Source: Puniceicoccaceae bacterium (lineage in GTDB: Bacteria > Verrucomicrobiota > Verrucomicrobiia > Opitutales > Oceanipulchritudinaceae). From it: a stretch of DNA of 64,000 bases. Within the stretch, counting starts at the first letter, position 1. Every line of letters starts with the position of its first letter. Of this stretch, positions 19,595 through 28,935 are shown one piece after another. The stretch covers positions 16,424-80,423 of the forward strand of contig JBFOMH010000015.1 of assembly GCA_040830765.1 (NCBI GenBank), read 5' to 3'. The notes beneath the pieces were generated by a model that ran no database searches, had not been told where the DNA came from, and worked only from the letters and a program-made list of their open reading frames with translations. The translations under genes and the position numbers were made by a program.

Positions 19595-21157
19595 CTAATC
19601 CCGGGCACGCAGGCTTTCCGAAAGGCAGGGCAGCATCTCTGTCGTATGAACCGCGATGACTCCCCGGTCGCGGGCCAGGCAGTCACCTGCCGCACCGTGC
19701 CAGGCAATTGCCTGCAGGGCCACTTCCAGCGGGTTGGCCGGATTTTGCGCCAGCAGGGACGAAAGCATCCCGGAAAGGATGTCCCCTGCTCCACCACGAG
19801 CCAGCACAGGCCCACCAACAGGCATGGCAATCAGCTTCTTGCCATCGGAGACATACGTCGGGCTTCCCTTGAGGACAGTCACGGTACGGTACTTCTGGCT
19901 GAAACGAACCATTTCCTCAATGGGATTGGGAATATCCTTGATTCCGTGCATGCGGGCAAACTCACCCACATGCGGGGTGATGATAACCGGACCGGCGGAC
20001 AAGGGACGGCCCAGCACGGCGGCGACAATATCCTGGGTCAGGGCCGAGGCATCGAGCACGAGGGGAATATGCGTCTCACGAACCACCCGGCAAATGGTGA
20101 AGACGGTGGCCCGATCAAGGACCAGCCCCGGACCAATCAACATCACCTGTGCCCTTGAGGCCGCTTGGGCGACAATCCGGACGGTCTCCACATCAAGCCC
20201 GCCGTCGTGGGTCACAGGCAGCGGCCGCCACATCGCTTCCGGGACACGGCTGGCAATCTGGGTGGCCACTGTTGCCGGGGCAAGGGTTGTCACCAGGCCG
20301 GCACCGGCATTGAGTGCCCCCAACGTTGCCATCAAGGCGGCCCCCGGCATCTGGCTGGAACCGGCGAGGATCAGGCAATGGCCATAGTCTCGCTTGTCGG
20401 TCTGCGCGGAACGCGCCTTGTTCAAGACCTTGTAGGCCCGCGGTGAGCCAACATACTCCAGATGCCCATCGGTCGCCTTCGGTTCGAGAAAGGGATCGAT
20501 TTCAAGAAAGCGAATCCGCCCGACAAGGTTGGCGTTCGCCTTGTCGAAGCAAGGTGCCTTGGCCACGCCGGGAACATAAGTGATATCCGTGACAAAGGCG
20601 TTCTCGTCAGCTGCCTCGCCGAGTCCACTCGGCAAATCAACTGCAACCCGGAGGGCAATTGATGTCCGATCATTGACGGCCTGCAGAAGTGCCGACGCTT
20701 CTTCCCTGAGCGGGGGCCGGAATCCGTGGCCGTAGAGGCCATCAATAACAACGTCAAAAGGAGCCTCGGCCTGTTCGAGGAAAGCTTCACTGGTCACCAG
20801 CTGCAACCGTTCGCCCATGGCAGCCTGCAATCTCTCCAGGGCCGCCGCAGCAATAGGACTGTATTCACTTGAAGGAACTGTCTGTACCAGGACCGCCTGC
20901 AACCCGGGATGAGCCTCATTGAGGACGCCGCAGGCAACAAGGGCATCACCCGTATTGAGCCCTTTCCCGCCCAGAAGAAGGACCCGCGGTGCCTCGGGCC
21001 AGGTGGTGATTTCGGTGAAGTCCTTCAAGAGGGCTTCGCCGATGGCACGGCCGGCGTTTTCCATGGCCGCCGCTGTTTTGCCGGCATCATCGCCAAGGAT
21101 GGATGATTCAAAGGCCCGGGCGGCCTCGATACTCAGGATGGGATAAAGTTGGGTCAT
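19595..21157 (-). CDS. nnr: Bifunctional NAD(P)H-hydrate epimerase/dehydratase (NnrE-NnrD)
   Basis: MENAG, DGLYGHG, VDLPSG; GAGLV, GPGL, DASAL, TPHVGEF, LKG, GGAGDILSG. Confidence 0.9.
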   Translation of the reverse strand: MTQLYPILSIEAARAFESSILGDDAGKTAAAMENAGRAIGEALLKDFTEITTWPEAPRVLLLGGKGLNTGDALVACGVLNEAHPGLQAVLVQTVPSSEYSPIAAAALERLQAAMGERLQLVTSEAFLEQAEAPFDVVIDGLYGHGFRPPLREEASALLQAVNDRTSIALRVAVDLPSGLGEAADENAFVTDITYVPGVAKAPCFDKANANLVGRIRFLEIDPFLEPKATDGHLEYVGSPRAYKVLNKARSAQTDKRDYGHCLILAGSSQMPGAALMATLGALNAGAGLVTTLAPATVATQIASRVPEAMWRPLPVTHDGGLDVETVRIVAQAASRAQVMLIGPGLVLDRATVFTICRVVRETHIPLVLDASALTQDIVAAVLGRPLSAGPVIITPHVGEFARMHGIKDIPNPIEEMVRFSQKYRTVTVLKGSPTYVSDGKKLIAMPVGGPVLARGGAGDILSGMLSSLLAQNPANPLEVALQAIAWHGAAGDCLARDRGVIAVHTTEMLPCLSESLRARD

Positions 21158-21209
21158 ATTCTTGAACAGGCAGAAACAGGAAGGCGGTTATTAGCAAGCA
21201 GTTGCTACC

Positions 21210-21977
21210 TCAAGGCAAGCCCTCGTTCATCCGGGCTTTCATTTCACGGACCGCTTCCCCGATCCCGCTAAACAGTGCCCGGGAAATGATGCTGTGCCCA
21301 ATGTTCATCTCATAAATCCCAGAAATACGGCGGACCCGGACAATGTTGGTGTAGTTGATCCCATGGCCGGCATTGATAATCAGGCCCAATTGCTGGCCAG
21401 TGACCGCAGCCGCCTCCAGTCGCAGGGCTTCGGCTTCTCCCTCTTCGGTGTAATAGGCGTTGGCGAAGGCACCGGTATGCAGCTCGACGTAGGTTGCCCC
21501 CGTCTCCCTTGATGCCTCCAGTTGGGGGGTGTCCGGATCGATGAAAAGGCTGGTCTTGATCCCCTTTGCCAGCAGGGCTTGCACGATCTCCGTGATCCGG
21601 GCCTTCTGGGAAACGATGTCCAGCCCGCCCTCCGTCGAGACCTCTTCCCGTTTTTCCGGGACCAGACAGACCGTGTGCGGAACGACCTCGAGAGCGAATT
21701 CAAGCATCTCCGGCGTGCAGGCCATCTCCATGTTCAGCGGCACCTGCAGGGCCTCCTTCAAGGCCACGACGTCGCCCTTCTGGATGTGACGTCCGTCTTC
21801 CCGGGGGTGGACAGTGATTCCGTCCGCACCCGCCCGCTCGGCCTCCAGGGCCAGGGCCACTGGATCCGGTTCCACCATTTCTCCGCGAAGGCGGTCATAG
21901 CCCCGGTACCGGGCCTGCCGCAAGGTGGCTGCGTGGTCGATGTTTACCCCAAGGCGGATTCTCTTGTTTTCCTCCAT
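21210..21977 (-). CDS. pdxJ: Pyridoxine 5'-phosphate synthase
   Basis: LGVNIDHAATLRQAR, HPREDGRHI, TEGGLD, ELHTG, NAGHG, NIGHSII. Confidence 0.95.
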   Translation of the reverse strand: MEENKRIRLGVNIDHAATLRQARYRGYDRLRGEMVEPDPVALALEAERAGADGITVHPREDGRHIQKGDVVALKEALQVPLNMEMACTPEMLEFALEVVPHTVCLVPEKREEVSTEGGLDIVSQKARITEIVQALLAKGIKTSLFIDPDTPQLEASRETGATYVELHTGAFANAYYTEEGEAEALRLEAAAVTGQQLGLIINAGHGINYTNIVRVRRISGIYEMNIGHSIISRALFSGIGEAVREMKARMNEGLP

Positions 21978-22003
21978 AATGATTCCCAATAAAGTAAGTT
22001 GCC

Positions 22004-22723
22004 TTAAAAAAGCGAGTCCTGGCTGACTTGCGGCTGTTCCGCTTCTTCGGATAAAACCTTGCCCAAGAAGGAGGGCCGGTGGTGGTGGCTCGGCCCCAAC
22101 TGGCGCAAGGCCTCCACATGCTGGCTGGTCCCGTAGCCCTTATGGACGGCAAACCCGTAGCCCGGGCATTCGCGGTCCAGCTCCCGCATCATGGTATCCC
22201 GGTGCTCCTTGGCGTGGATGCCGGCAAGGGCAATTGCCAGGGAACGCCGATCGCCCTTGACGATACCCCGATGGGATACCGGAAAGGCCCGGATCGGGCG
22301 GCCATCAATGAGGATGGTCACCGGTCCTTCACCGTTTCCGGCCTTCCACAGGGTTCCTTCCTCGATTTCGAGGACCTGCGCCAGCGCACGGCGCATGGCA
22401 AGGGTTGTTGCGTGATAGATATTATGTTCCTCGATCTCCTCCACCGTTGCTGCCCCGATACCAATTTGTATCCATTTTTCATGACAAGCCTTGCGGAAGC
22501 GTTCAACCACGGCAGCACGCTTTTCAGCCGAGAGGCACTTGGAATCATTGACTCCCCGGCTGTTCCGCCGGCACCAGGAAGTGGAGTAGAAGGATGCCTC
22601 GCAGCGGACGGCGGCGGCAATCACCGGACCGGCAAGGCAGCCACGGCCAGCTTCATCAATCCCGACAAGACAGGCAGCCCCGTCCAGTGCGCGCTTGTCA
22701 AAACCAACCAGCCCGACCGGCAT
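22004..22723 (-). CDS. rnhB: Ribonuclease HII
   Basis: GIDEAGRGCLAGPV, NDSK, LIDG, VKGD, HKGYGT, HRPSF. Confidence 0.93.
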   Translation of the reverse strand: MPVGLVGFDKRALDGAACLVGIDEAGRGCLAGPVIAAAVRCEASFYSTSWCRRNSRGVNDSKCLSAEKRAAVVERFRKACHEKWIQIGIGAATVEEIEEHNIYHATTLAMRRALAQVLEIEEGTLWKAGNGEGPVTILIDGRPIRAFPVSHRGIVKGDRRSLAIALAGIHAKEHRDTMMRELDRECPGYGFAVHKGYGTSQHVEALRQLGPSHHHRPSFLGKVLSEEAEQPQVSQDSLF

Positions 22724-23703
22724 TATCGATAAAAGGAGGGCTTCTTCGGCACCGGCAGCCCGAGGATTTCATAGGCGGTCTTGAAGTGAACCTTGGCAAA
22801 GTCCTTGAGGCGGTGCGCCCCCAGCTTGGCCACCAGTTCCTCGCCCTGCTTCTTGACCTGGGCACTGGCGCCCTTCTTCAATTCCTCCCCGAACTCGGTG
22901 CTCAGCTTCCGCAGCTGACGGACAAATTCCGCCCGTGCACAGATCGACGCCGCGGCAACGACCGGGTCTGCTTCCGCCTTGGTCTGCATCTTCAGGTTGA
23001 AGTCGACCCCGTCCTTCTTCAGTTGCTGCTGGGTCAGGGGCGCCTTGCTGAACTGGTCCAGCATGCCCCACTCCACTTCCCGTACCTCCAGCGCGGCCTT
23101 CACCGAGCGGGAATGAAACCAGGCCAGTAGCTTGTTCAGGTTCGCTCCTGGCTTGCTCATCAATTCATTATAGCGCGGCATCCCGGCAAAGGTCTTCTTC
23201 ACCACCACGCCCTTCGTCCGCAGGATGATTTTCTCCAGACGGAGAATGCTGCCATCGGTCAGGTTCTTGGAGTCCTTGACGCCCTCTTCCTGCCAGTGCC
23301 GCACCATCTCGCCATCAGCGATGACGCAGCAGGAAACCAGCGGACCAAACAAGTCACCTTTTCCGGCCTCATCGACGCCGGCATGCGGCTCAAACCATTC
23401 CGGATGGTGAATCACATCATAACCCATGCGGGGATCCCCGGTCACCTCCGCCTCAAGCACATTCTGGACAAAGGATTCGGTCCCTTTTCCCTGAATGACT
23501 ACCTTGCCGCTCTTGTAAGCCACGATATTCACTTGCTCATGAGGGGCCTTGAAGGCAAACAGGCTATGGTCCACATGATAGTATCCGTACACCCGCTTGT
23601 CGCAAATCTCCTCGAGCTGCTCCAGTTGCCCGGGCTCAAGGGTAATCGTGTAAATCGTCTTTACCCGCGGCTCGTCGCTTTCTCCGCTTTTCTTCTTTTT
23701 CAT
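22723..23703 (-). CDS. rnhC: Ribonuclease HIII
   Basis: N-terminal TBP-like domain (AYKSGKVVIQGKG); DEAGKGDLFGP, KDSK, DQF, VAAASICAR, AKVHFKT; start 23703 preferred over 23745. Confidence 0.92.
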   Translation of the reverse strand: MKKKKSGESDEPRVKTIYTITLEPGQLEQLEEICDKRVYGYYHVDHSLFAFKAPHEQVNIVAYKSGKVVIQGKGTESFVQNVLEAEVTGDPRMGYDVIHHPEWFEPHAGVDEAGKGDLFGPLVSCCVIADGEMVRHWQEEGVKDSKNLTDGSILRLEKIILRTKGVVVKKTFAGMPRYNELMSKPGANLNKLLAWFHSRSVKAALEVREVEWGMLDQFSKAPLTQQQLKKDGVDFNLKMQTKAEADPVVAAASICARAEFVRQLRKLSTEFGEELKKGASAQVKKQGEELVAKLGAHRLKDFAKVHFKTAYEILGLPVPKKPSFYR

Positions 23704-23750
23704 CACCTGATTATTCGAATGCCTGAACAATTTAGGTTTTTCCATTAGCC

Positions 23751-24755
23751 ATGCGAGGGGATTTCTCAGTTTTTCGCAAAGAGTTGCTCGCCTGGTTCGA
23801 CGAGGAACAGCGCGATCTGCCCTGGCGGACCCGGCCTAGCCTCTACAAGACGGTCGTTTCCGAGTTCATGCTGCAGCAGACGCAGGTCGAGACGGTGCTC
23901 CCCTACTTTGGAAAATGGCTGGCCCGCTTCCCCGGGTTTGAGGAACTGGCGCAGGCTGATGAACGTGAGGTGATGAAGCACTGGGAAGGGCTGGGCTACT
24001 ACTCGCGGGCACGCAATCTGCATCGACTGGCAAAATCCATTGTCTCAGAAGGCATTCCAGAGGATGTCGCCACCTGGCTGGGTCGTCCGGGCGTCGGGCC
24101 CTACACTGCCGCCGCCATTGCCAGCATCGCCCAGGGCATCCCGGAACCGGTCATTGATGGCAATGTTATTCGCGTCCTTGCGCGCTTGACCATGGATCAG
24201 CATCCCCTTCGCTCCGCGGCGGATGGCCGCAAGCGTTACCTGCCCCTGGCCAAGGAACTGATCGACCCGAAGCGCCCGGGAGATTTCAACGAGGCCGTCA
24301 TGGAGTTGGGTGCCACCCTCTGTCGCAAGGCCAAGCCGTTGTGCCTCCTTTGCCCGGTGAAGGAGCACTGCAAGGCGGCTGGTACTGCAGCTCCCGGTAG
24401 TATTCCTGTCATCGAACGGAAACCAACGCGCCACCGGGAAGTGGCCCGCCTCTGGCTCAAGAAGGATGGCAAGCTGCTGCTCCATTTTCATCCGCAAGAT
24501 GCTGCCCGGCTCGCCGGGATGGCCGAGCTGCCATCCTTGGAAACGATACCGGATGGTGAACCCTTCCTTATTAAAGCACGTGGCATTTCCTCCGAGCGCA
24601 TTCGCGAATCCATTTTCGCTCTCGCGGCGGACCATCCTCTGGCCGGGAAATGCCTCGAAATCCCCCAAAACCGATGGGTTCCACTCGCGGACTTGGGGAC
24701 GATCACGCTCTCAGGCCCGCATCGGCGCTGGATTGGCGAACTTCTGGAGCGGTAA
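23751..24755 (+). CDS. mutY: A/G-specific adenine glycosylase
   Basis: RDLPWR, SEFMLQQTQV, WEGLGYYSRARNL, PGVGPYTA, DGNVIRV, C-X6-C-X2-C-X5-C FeS motif. Confidence 0.93.
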   Translation: MRGDFSVFRKELLAWFDEEQRDLPWRTRPSLYKTVVSEFMLQQTQVETVLPYFGKWLARFPGFEELAQADEREVMKHWEGLGYYSRARNLHRLAKSIVSEGIPEDVATWLGRPGVGPYTAAAIASIAQGIPEPVIDGNVIRVLARLTMDQHPLRSAADGRKRYLPLAKELIDPKRPGDFNEAVMELGATLCRKAKPLCLLCPVKEHCKAAGTAAPGSIPVIERKPTRHREVARLWLKKDGKLLLHFHPQDAARLAGMAELPSLETIPDGEPFLIKARGISSERIRESIFALAADHPLAGKCLEIPQNRWVPLADLGTITLSGPHRRWIGELLER

Positions 24756-24868
24756 TCCGGCTGCCCCACCGCATTAGCTGGTGTAATTATGATGCTTAGT
24801 TTCGGTAATTAAAACCGGCGGGCTGATTTTCCCCTTTTCAGCCATTGGAGAAGATATTTGTCTGTGGA

Positions 24869-24916
24869 GCACAACATGTAGGGGTACATTTCAGGGAGAA
24901 CCACAACATGTTGCTG
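24869..24916. promoter_or_regulatory. Tandem NrdR boxes
   Basis: GCACAACATGTAGGGG (24869) and CCACAACATGTTGCTG (24901), 32 bp apart, matching the CWAYATRTWG core, upstream of an RNR gene. Confidence 0.85.
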
Positions 24917-24921
24917 ACACT

Positions 24922-24930
24922 TTATTCACA
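24922..24930 (+). promoter_or_regulatory. DnaA box-like site
   Basis: TTATTCACA, a perfect match to TTATNCACA, 5 bp after the second NrdR box. Confidence 0.5.
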
Positions 24931-24979
24931 CAGTTCTTAACACTCCCAGCGCTTAACCAATACACTCTCGAAGATCTCC

Positions 24980-27919
24980 ATGAAAACAGCTTCTGCTTCA
25001 GCCGCGAAATCGACTGCAAAAAAATCCCCACCTGCCCGCGGTACAGCGGAAACGCTCCTCAAGGAACACAGCTTTGCCAGACCCGACTGTCATCCCTATG
25101 AGGAAATTGAATGGGAACGGCGCTCCGCCAGCATCAAGGACGAGAACGGGAAGGCGATTTTCGAGCAGGAAAATATCGAGGTACCGGCCGCCTTCTCCGA
25201 ATTGGCGACGAAGATCCTCGCCTCGAAGTACTTTTATGGCGACCCCGAGAACGGGTTTGATCCCAAGACTGGCGGACGCGAATCCTCTTTCCGCGAAGTG
25301 GTCGACCGGGTTGCCGGGACATTGACCAAATGGGGCTTGAAGGACGGCTATTTCCAGACCGATACGGAAGCAAAAATTTTTGAGGAAGACCTGACCTGGC
25401 TGCTCGTCAACCAGACGGGGGCCTTCAACTCACCGGTCTGGTTCAATCTCGGCCTCTTTGAGGCCTATGGCATCGGCAAGGATTCCGCCAAGGGTAATTA
25501 CTTTTGGAATCCGGAAAGCGAACAGGTCGAACGGGCGCCCAACCAGTACGAGTACCCGCAATGTTCCGCCTGCTTCATCCAGCACGTCGAGGATGACCTC
25601 GAGTCGATCATGAACCTGGCCCAGGCAGAGGCCATGCTCTTCAAGTTCGGTAGCGGCAGCGGCACCGACCTGTCCTCCATCCGCTCCACCCGGGAAAAGC
25701 TTTCCGGAGGGGGTCGACCCAGTGGTCCCCTCAGCTTCCTCGCCGTCTATGACTCCGTGGCCGGTGTGGTCAAGAGCGGTGGCAAGACCCGCCGGGCTGC
25801 CAAGATGAACACCCTCAAGGACTGGCACCCTGACATTGAAGAGTTCATCGAGGCCAAGAAGGTCGAGGAACGCAAGGCATGGGCCCTGATTGAGGAAGGT
25901 TACGATCCGTCCTTCAACGGCGAGGCCTACGGCTCCATCAAGTTCCAGAACGAAAACCTCAGCATGCGCACCTCCGATGCCTTCATGGAGGCAGCCTCCA
26001 AACGCGGCGACTGGTGGACCCGCCGGGTGACCGATGGCGAGCCCTGCGAAAAGAAGAACGCTGGTGCCCTGCTCGACCTCATCGCCGAAGGAACCCATCT
26101 CTGCGGGGATCCGGGGCTCCAGTTTGATGACACCATCAATGCCTGGCATACCTGCAAGGGCTCCGGACGCCAGAATTGCACCAACCCTTGCAGCGAATAC
26201 CTCTTCCTCGACAATTCCGCCTGCAATCTCGCCAGCATCAACCTGCTCAAGTTCCGCACCAAGCAGGGCTTCGACTTTGAGCGCTTCGCCCGGGCCTGCC
26301 GTATCTTCATCATCGCCCAGGAAATCATTGTCGACCGTTCCTCCTATCCGACGGACGCCATTACCTTCAATTCGCACTGGTTCCGCACCCTTGGGCTCGG
26401 TTATGCCAACCTCGGCGCCCTCCTCATGTCCTACGGGCTCTCCTACGACTCCGAGGAAGGCCGCGCCCTCGCCGCCCTCATCACCGCTGTCATGACGGGG
26501 ACGGCCTACCGCACCTCGACCGAGCTGGCCCGCCTCAAGGGACCATTCCCCGGGTATCGGGATTCTCGCTACATGGGCTGCGACAACCCGCCCGCCAAGG
26601 ACAACGTCGACTCGATGCTTGAGGTTATTGAGAAGCACCTTGCCGCTGTTGATGAAATCAACGTGGACATTGATCCGGAAATGAAAGCCTACGCCCGGTC
26701 CACCTGGCGCCAGGCCCTGCAGCAGGGCCGCGAGCATGGTTACCGCAATGCCCAGGTCACCGTCCTTGCCCCGACCGGGACCATCGGATTTCTCATGGAT
26801 TGTGACACTACCGGCATCGAGCCGGCCATCGGGCTGGTGGCTTACAAGTCGCTTGCCGGCGGCGGCGTCCTCCAGCTCCCGATCAAGGTAATCCCCAGTG
26901 CCTTGAAGAAACTTGGCTACAAGGCATCCGAACGGGAACGAATCCTCAAGCACATAGCCGACCACGGGACCGTGGAACCGGTCACCATCAAGGGGAAGGT
27001 CGAGGAAAGCGGCCTGATCGCCGAACACGCCCCGATTTTCGACACCGCCTTCCGCTCCGGCGCCGGGCAGCGGGTCCTGACCCACCTCGCCCACATCGAC
27101 ATGATGGCAGCTGTGCAGCCCTTCCTCTCCGGCGGGATATCCAAGACGGTCAACATGCCCCAGGAGGCCACCGTCGAGGACATCAAGGAGACCTACTTCT
27201 ATGCCTGGCGCAAGGGCATCAAGGGAGTGGCGATCTATCGTGACGGTTCCAAGCGCTCTGCTCCCGTCAAGACTCGCAAGGATGACCAGGTCGAAGACTC
27301 CGCCAAGCAGGGTGTGCAGATCGTCACCGAACCCTACCGGCGCCGCTTGCAGGATACCCGGACCTCGACCACCCACAAGTTCAGCATCGGCGGAACCAAG
27401 GGATACCTGACCGTCGGCCAGTTCGATGATGGGGCGCCGGGGGAAGTCTTTATCCAGATGTCCAAGGCCGGCAGTACCATCAACGGCCTCATGGACACCA
27501 TTGGCACCCTGCTTTCGATGTGTCTCCAGTACGGCGTTCCCCTAGACACGCTGGTCAAGAAGTTCGCCCATATCCGCTTTGAACCGGAAGGCATGACCCG
27601 CAATCCCGATATCCCCATGGCCAAGAGCGTCATGGACTACCTCGCCCGCTGGCTGGGGATGGAGTTCATTCCGGGCTACAAGGAAAAGATGTCACCCGCG
27701 GTTCAGGCGGAAACCGGCCTCGAAGACACCTCGCCCGACTCTGTGGCAATCGAACTGGAGGACGAAGGGACCAGCCTGAAGCTGTCCAGCGAGCAGATGG
27801 AACTGTTAACACAGAGTGAAGGCCACCTGACTTGCACCGAGTGCGGCAGTTCCAAGGTGAAGGTTACCGGAACCTGTGCCTGTTGCCTCAATTGCGGCAC
27901 TTCCCTCGGCTGCAGCTGA
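24980..27919 (+). CDS. nrdJ: Class II (adenosylcobalamin-dependent) ribonucleotide reductase with C-terminal TSCPD domain and Zn ribbon
   Basis: FNSPVWFN, CSACFI, GGKTRRAAKM, TNPCSEY, LAPTGTI, ISKTVN, YRDGSK; CxxC...CxxC tail; NrdR boxes upstream. Confidence 0.95.
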   Translation: MKTASASAAKSTAKKSPPARGTAETLLKEHSFARPDCHPYEEIEWERRSASIKDENGKAIFEQENIEVPAAFSELATKILASKYFYGDPENGFDPKTGGRESSFREVVDRVAGTLTKWGLKDGYFQTDTEAKIFEEDLTWLLVNQTGAFNSPVWFNLGLFEAYGIGKDSAKGNYFWNPESEQVERAPNQYEYPQCSACFIQHVEDDLESIMNLAQAEAMLFKFGSGSGTDLSSIRSTREKLSGGGRPSGPLSFLAVYDSVAGVVKSGGKTRRAAKMNTLKDWHPDIEEFIEAKKVEERKAWALIEEGYDPSFNGEAYGSIKFQNENLSMRTSDAFMEAASKRGDWWTRRVTDGEPCEKKNAGALLDLIAEGTHLCGDPGLQFDDTINAWHTCKGSGRQNCTNPCSEYLFLDNSACNLASINLLKFRTKQGFDFERFARACRIFIIAQEIIVDRSSYPTDAITFNSHWFRTLGLGYANLGALLMSYGLSYDSEEGRALAALITAVMTGTAYRTSTELARLKGPFPGYRDSRYMGCDNPPAKDNVDSMLEVIEKHLAAVDEINVDIDPEMKAYARSTWRQALQQGREHGYRNAQVTVLAPTGTIGFLMDCDTTGIEPAIGLVAYKSLAGGGVLQLPIKVIPSALKKLGYKASERERILKHIADHGTVEPVTIKGKVEESGLIAEHAPIFDTAFRSGAGQRVLTHLAHIDMMAAVQPFLSGGISKTVNMPQEATVEDIKETYFYAWRKGIKGVAIYRDGSKRSAPVKTRKDDQVEDSAKQGVQIVTEPYRRRLQDTRTSTTHKFSIGGTKGYLTVGQFDDGAPGEVFIQMSKAGSTINGLMDTIGTLLSMCLQYGVPLDTLVKKFAHIRFEPEGMTRNPDIPMAKSVMDYLARWLGMEFIPGYKEKMSPAVQAETGLEDTSPDSVAIELEDEGTSLKLSSEQMELLTQSEGHLTCTECGSSKVKVTGTCACCLNCGTSLGCS

Positions 27920-27977
27920 ACACCTCACGGCCTGTCATCAGACTTGGAAAGCCATCCGCATTGTGCATGCTGGAGAG

Positions 27978-28931
27978 GTGATGCCAAGACCTGTGGCCAT
28001 ATACTATCATCCCGATTCCCTGTTGCATGACACCGGTCCCAGGCATCCCGAGCGTGCGGAACGGATGGTGGTCTGTCACAATGCCTTGAAGGCCGCCCCT
28101 TTTGCCGATCAATTGCACTGGCATGAGCCCCAGCCGGCTCCGGCAAAATGGATCGAAAGCATCCACACCCCGGAATACCGGCAATTCATCGAGGAGGCCT
28201 GCCTTGCGGGAAAGCACTTTCTCGATACAGGTGATACCGTCATCTGTCCCGATTCCTACCGGGCCGCCATCCTCGCCGCCGGCGGAGCCATCAACGCAGT
28301 CGATGCTGTATTGCAAAATGGATACGCTGCTGCCTTCTCGCTTTCCCGTCCCCCGGGTCATCATGCGGGGATTGAAAGCCCGATGGGATTCTGTCTCTTC
28401 AACAATATTGCCATTGCCGCGGAATATGCCGAAAAGACCTACGGCATGGAACGCATCTGCATCCTCGATTTTGATGTCCACCATGGCAACGGGACACAGG
28501 ACATTTTCTACGGCAGCCCCTCCGTTCTTTTCTGCAGCCTCCACCAACTGCCCCTATGGCCGCACAGCGGGGAGAGTTTCGAGACCGGCTCAAAGGCCGG
28601 CACGGGCCTGACTCTGAATTGCCCCTTCCCCAACGAAGCTGGCATCGACCTCTATATGGAAGCCCTGCAGAAGGAGGTGTTACCGAAAATCAGTGACTTC
28701 CAACCGGAGCTGCTCCTCGTCTCTGCCGGTTTTGACGGTCATAAGGCGGACCCCCTGGCCGATATTCATCTCCAGGCGGAGGACTTCCATACCATCACAA
28801 AATGGATACTCCAGGTAGCGAAGACCTACACCCATGGCCGGATGGTCTCCTTCCTCGAGGGTGGTTATGAACTGGAGGCTCTCGCCGCCTCAGTCTGCGC
28901 CCACGTGCAGGCCCTGGTAGAAGGGCCCTGA
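27978..28931 (+). CDS. Histone deacetylase family amidohydrolase
   Basis: HPERAER, RPPGHHA, GFCLFNN, DFDVHHGNGTQ, SAGFDGH, LEGGY; start GTG 27978 or ATG 27981. Confidence 0.93.
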   Translation: MMPRPVAIYYHPDSLLHDTGPRHPERAERMVVCHNALKAAPFADQLHWHEPQPAPAKWIESIHTPEYRQFIEEACLAGKHFLDTGDTVICPDSYRAAILAAGGAINAVDAVLQNGYAAAFSLSRPPGHHAGIESPMGFCLFNNIAIAAEYAEKTYGMERICILDFDVHHGNGTQDIFYGSPSVLFCSLHQLPLWPHSGESFETGSKAGTGLTLNCPFPNEAGIDLYMEALQKEVLPKISDFQPELLLVSAGFDGHKADPLADIHLQAEDFHTITKWILQVAKTYTHGRMVSFLEGGYELEALAASVCAHVQALVEGP

Positions 28932-28935
28932 ATCC

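Noticed and set aside
24756..24979. Cobalamin riboswitch upstream of nrdJ
   Set aside because: No B12-box or conserved core seen; the region is explained by NrdR and DnaA sites
25430..27376. 648-aa antisense ORF inside nrdJ, and similar long antisense ORFs (9969-11312, 31799-33172, 43829-45265, 46423-47880, 52759-54099, 61820-62944)
   Set aside because: Shadow frames produced by GC-rich codon bias of well-supported genes; no recognisable motifs
24980..27919. Intein or intron in nrdJ
   Set aside because: Continuous RNR motifs; no intein splice-junction or homing endonuclease signatures
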